Shown here piece by piece: positions 16,883 through 17,064 of a stretch of DNA of 17,064 nt (positions are counted from its first letter, which is position 1; the number at the start of each line of letters is the position of its first letter). Location: contig JAYODI010000007.1 of assembly GCA_038279365.1 (NCBI GenBank), positions 34,997 through 52,060 of the forward strand, given 5' to 3'. A model generated the notes under the pieces. The model saw only the letters and a list, made by a program, of their open reading frames with translations, had not been told where the DNA came from and did no database searches. The position numbers were made by a program, and so were the translations under genes. The DNA comes from Candidatus Latescibacterota bacterium (GTDB taxonomy: Bacteria; Latescibacterota; UBA2968).

Positions 16883-16929
16883 CAAACAAATGTGAGCGAC
16901 TCGCATATTACATACAAATCGCTCACATT
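16883..16929 (-). terminator. Probable intrinsic terminator of the upstream partial gene
   Basis: aatgtgagcga (16889-16899) / tcgctcacatt (16919-16929), 11-bp perfect stem extendable by G-U pairs on the minus strand, then TTTGTTTG; 27 nt after the TAA at 16957. Confidence 0.6.
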
Positions 16930-16956
16930 CTTTCGCCACACAAACCCAGCAACAGA

Positions 16957-17064
16957 TTAAAGCGCACGGTTATCCAATGCATATGCCAAATTTCCACCAC
17001 TCCCCAAAGCCCATGTGCCTCGAAACAGCGACTGGCGTTTTTTAGGCATCTTTTCAATAATTTC
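16957..17064 (-). CDS. 3' end of an unknown gene entering from the right edge (partial)
   Basis: Open frame from the edge: EIIEKMPKKRQSLFRGTWALGSGGNLAYALDNRAL-stop, followed by a terminator-like hairpin. Too short to assign. Confidence 0.5.
   Translation of the reverse strand, partial: EIIEKMPKKRQSLFRGTWALGSGGNLAYALDNRAL

Noticed and set aside
16888-16905. lac-operator-like sequence AAATGTGAGCGACTCGCA
   Set aside because: More simply explained as one arm of the terminator hairpin; no LacI-family gene in the window.
16696-16941. 81-aa minus-strand ORF upstream of the nuclease
   Set aside because: Runs across a terminator-like hairpin, promoter candidate and repeat; Cys/Phe/Trp-rich composition typical of non-coding DNA; no SD.
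16957-17064. Assigning the partial gene as DEAD-box helicase or ECF sigma factor from MPKKRQSLF
   Set aside because: The resemblance covers only a few residues and the frame stops 21 codons later without the expected downstream motifs.

Overview
A bacterial chromosomal window of 13 complete genes plus one probable partial gene, all on the minus strand. In transcription order (right to left): 3' end of an unknown gene; an 841-aa beta-CASP metallo-beta-lactamase ribonuclease (CPSF73/aCPSF-like core) with a ~390-aa C-terminal extension of duplicated modules; a very divergent FabV/Ter-like reductase; an S9 serine peptidase (glutamyl endopeptidase-like) followed by an intrinsic terminator; then an arginine biosynthesis operon with a clear sigma70 promoter and tandem ARG-box-like sites: argR-argC-GNAT-GH172(DUF2961)-argB-argD-argG-argH-hypothetical-D-2-hydroxyacid dehydrogenase. 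argJ/argA, argE and argF are absent from the window, and a GNAT plus a GH172 gene occupy the usual argJ slot. Most unusual: (i) the beta-CASP nuclease with four KH-like C-terminal sub-repeats, (ii) intergenic imperfect hairpins built from 7-nt periodic units, one forming the predicted 5' UTR of that nuclease, (iii) an apparently inactivated RepB/AEP-primase-like protein coupled to argH, (iv) an ArgR with substitutions in both effector and DNA-binding motifs plus variant operators, (v) a FabV-like protein with a non-canonical Tyr/Lys spacing. All family calls come from motif recognition by eye; no searches were run. No rRNA, tRNA, CRISPR or transposase was recognised.
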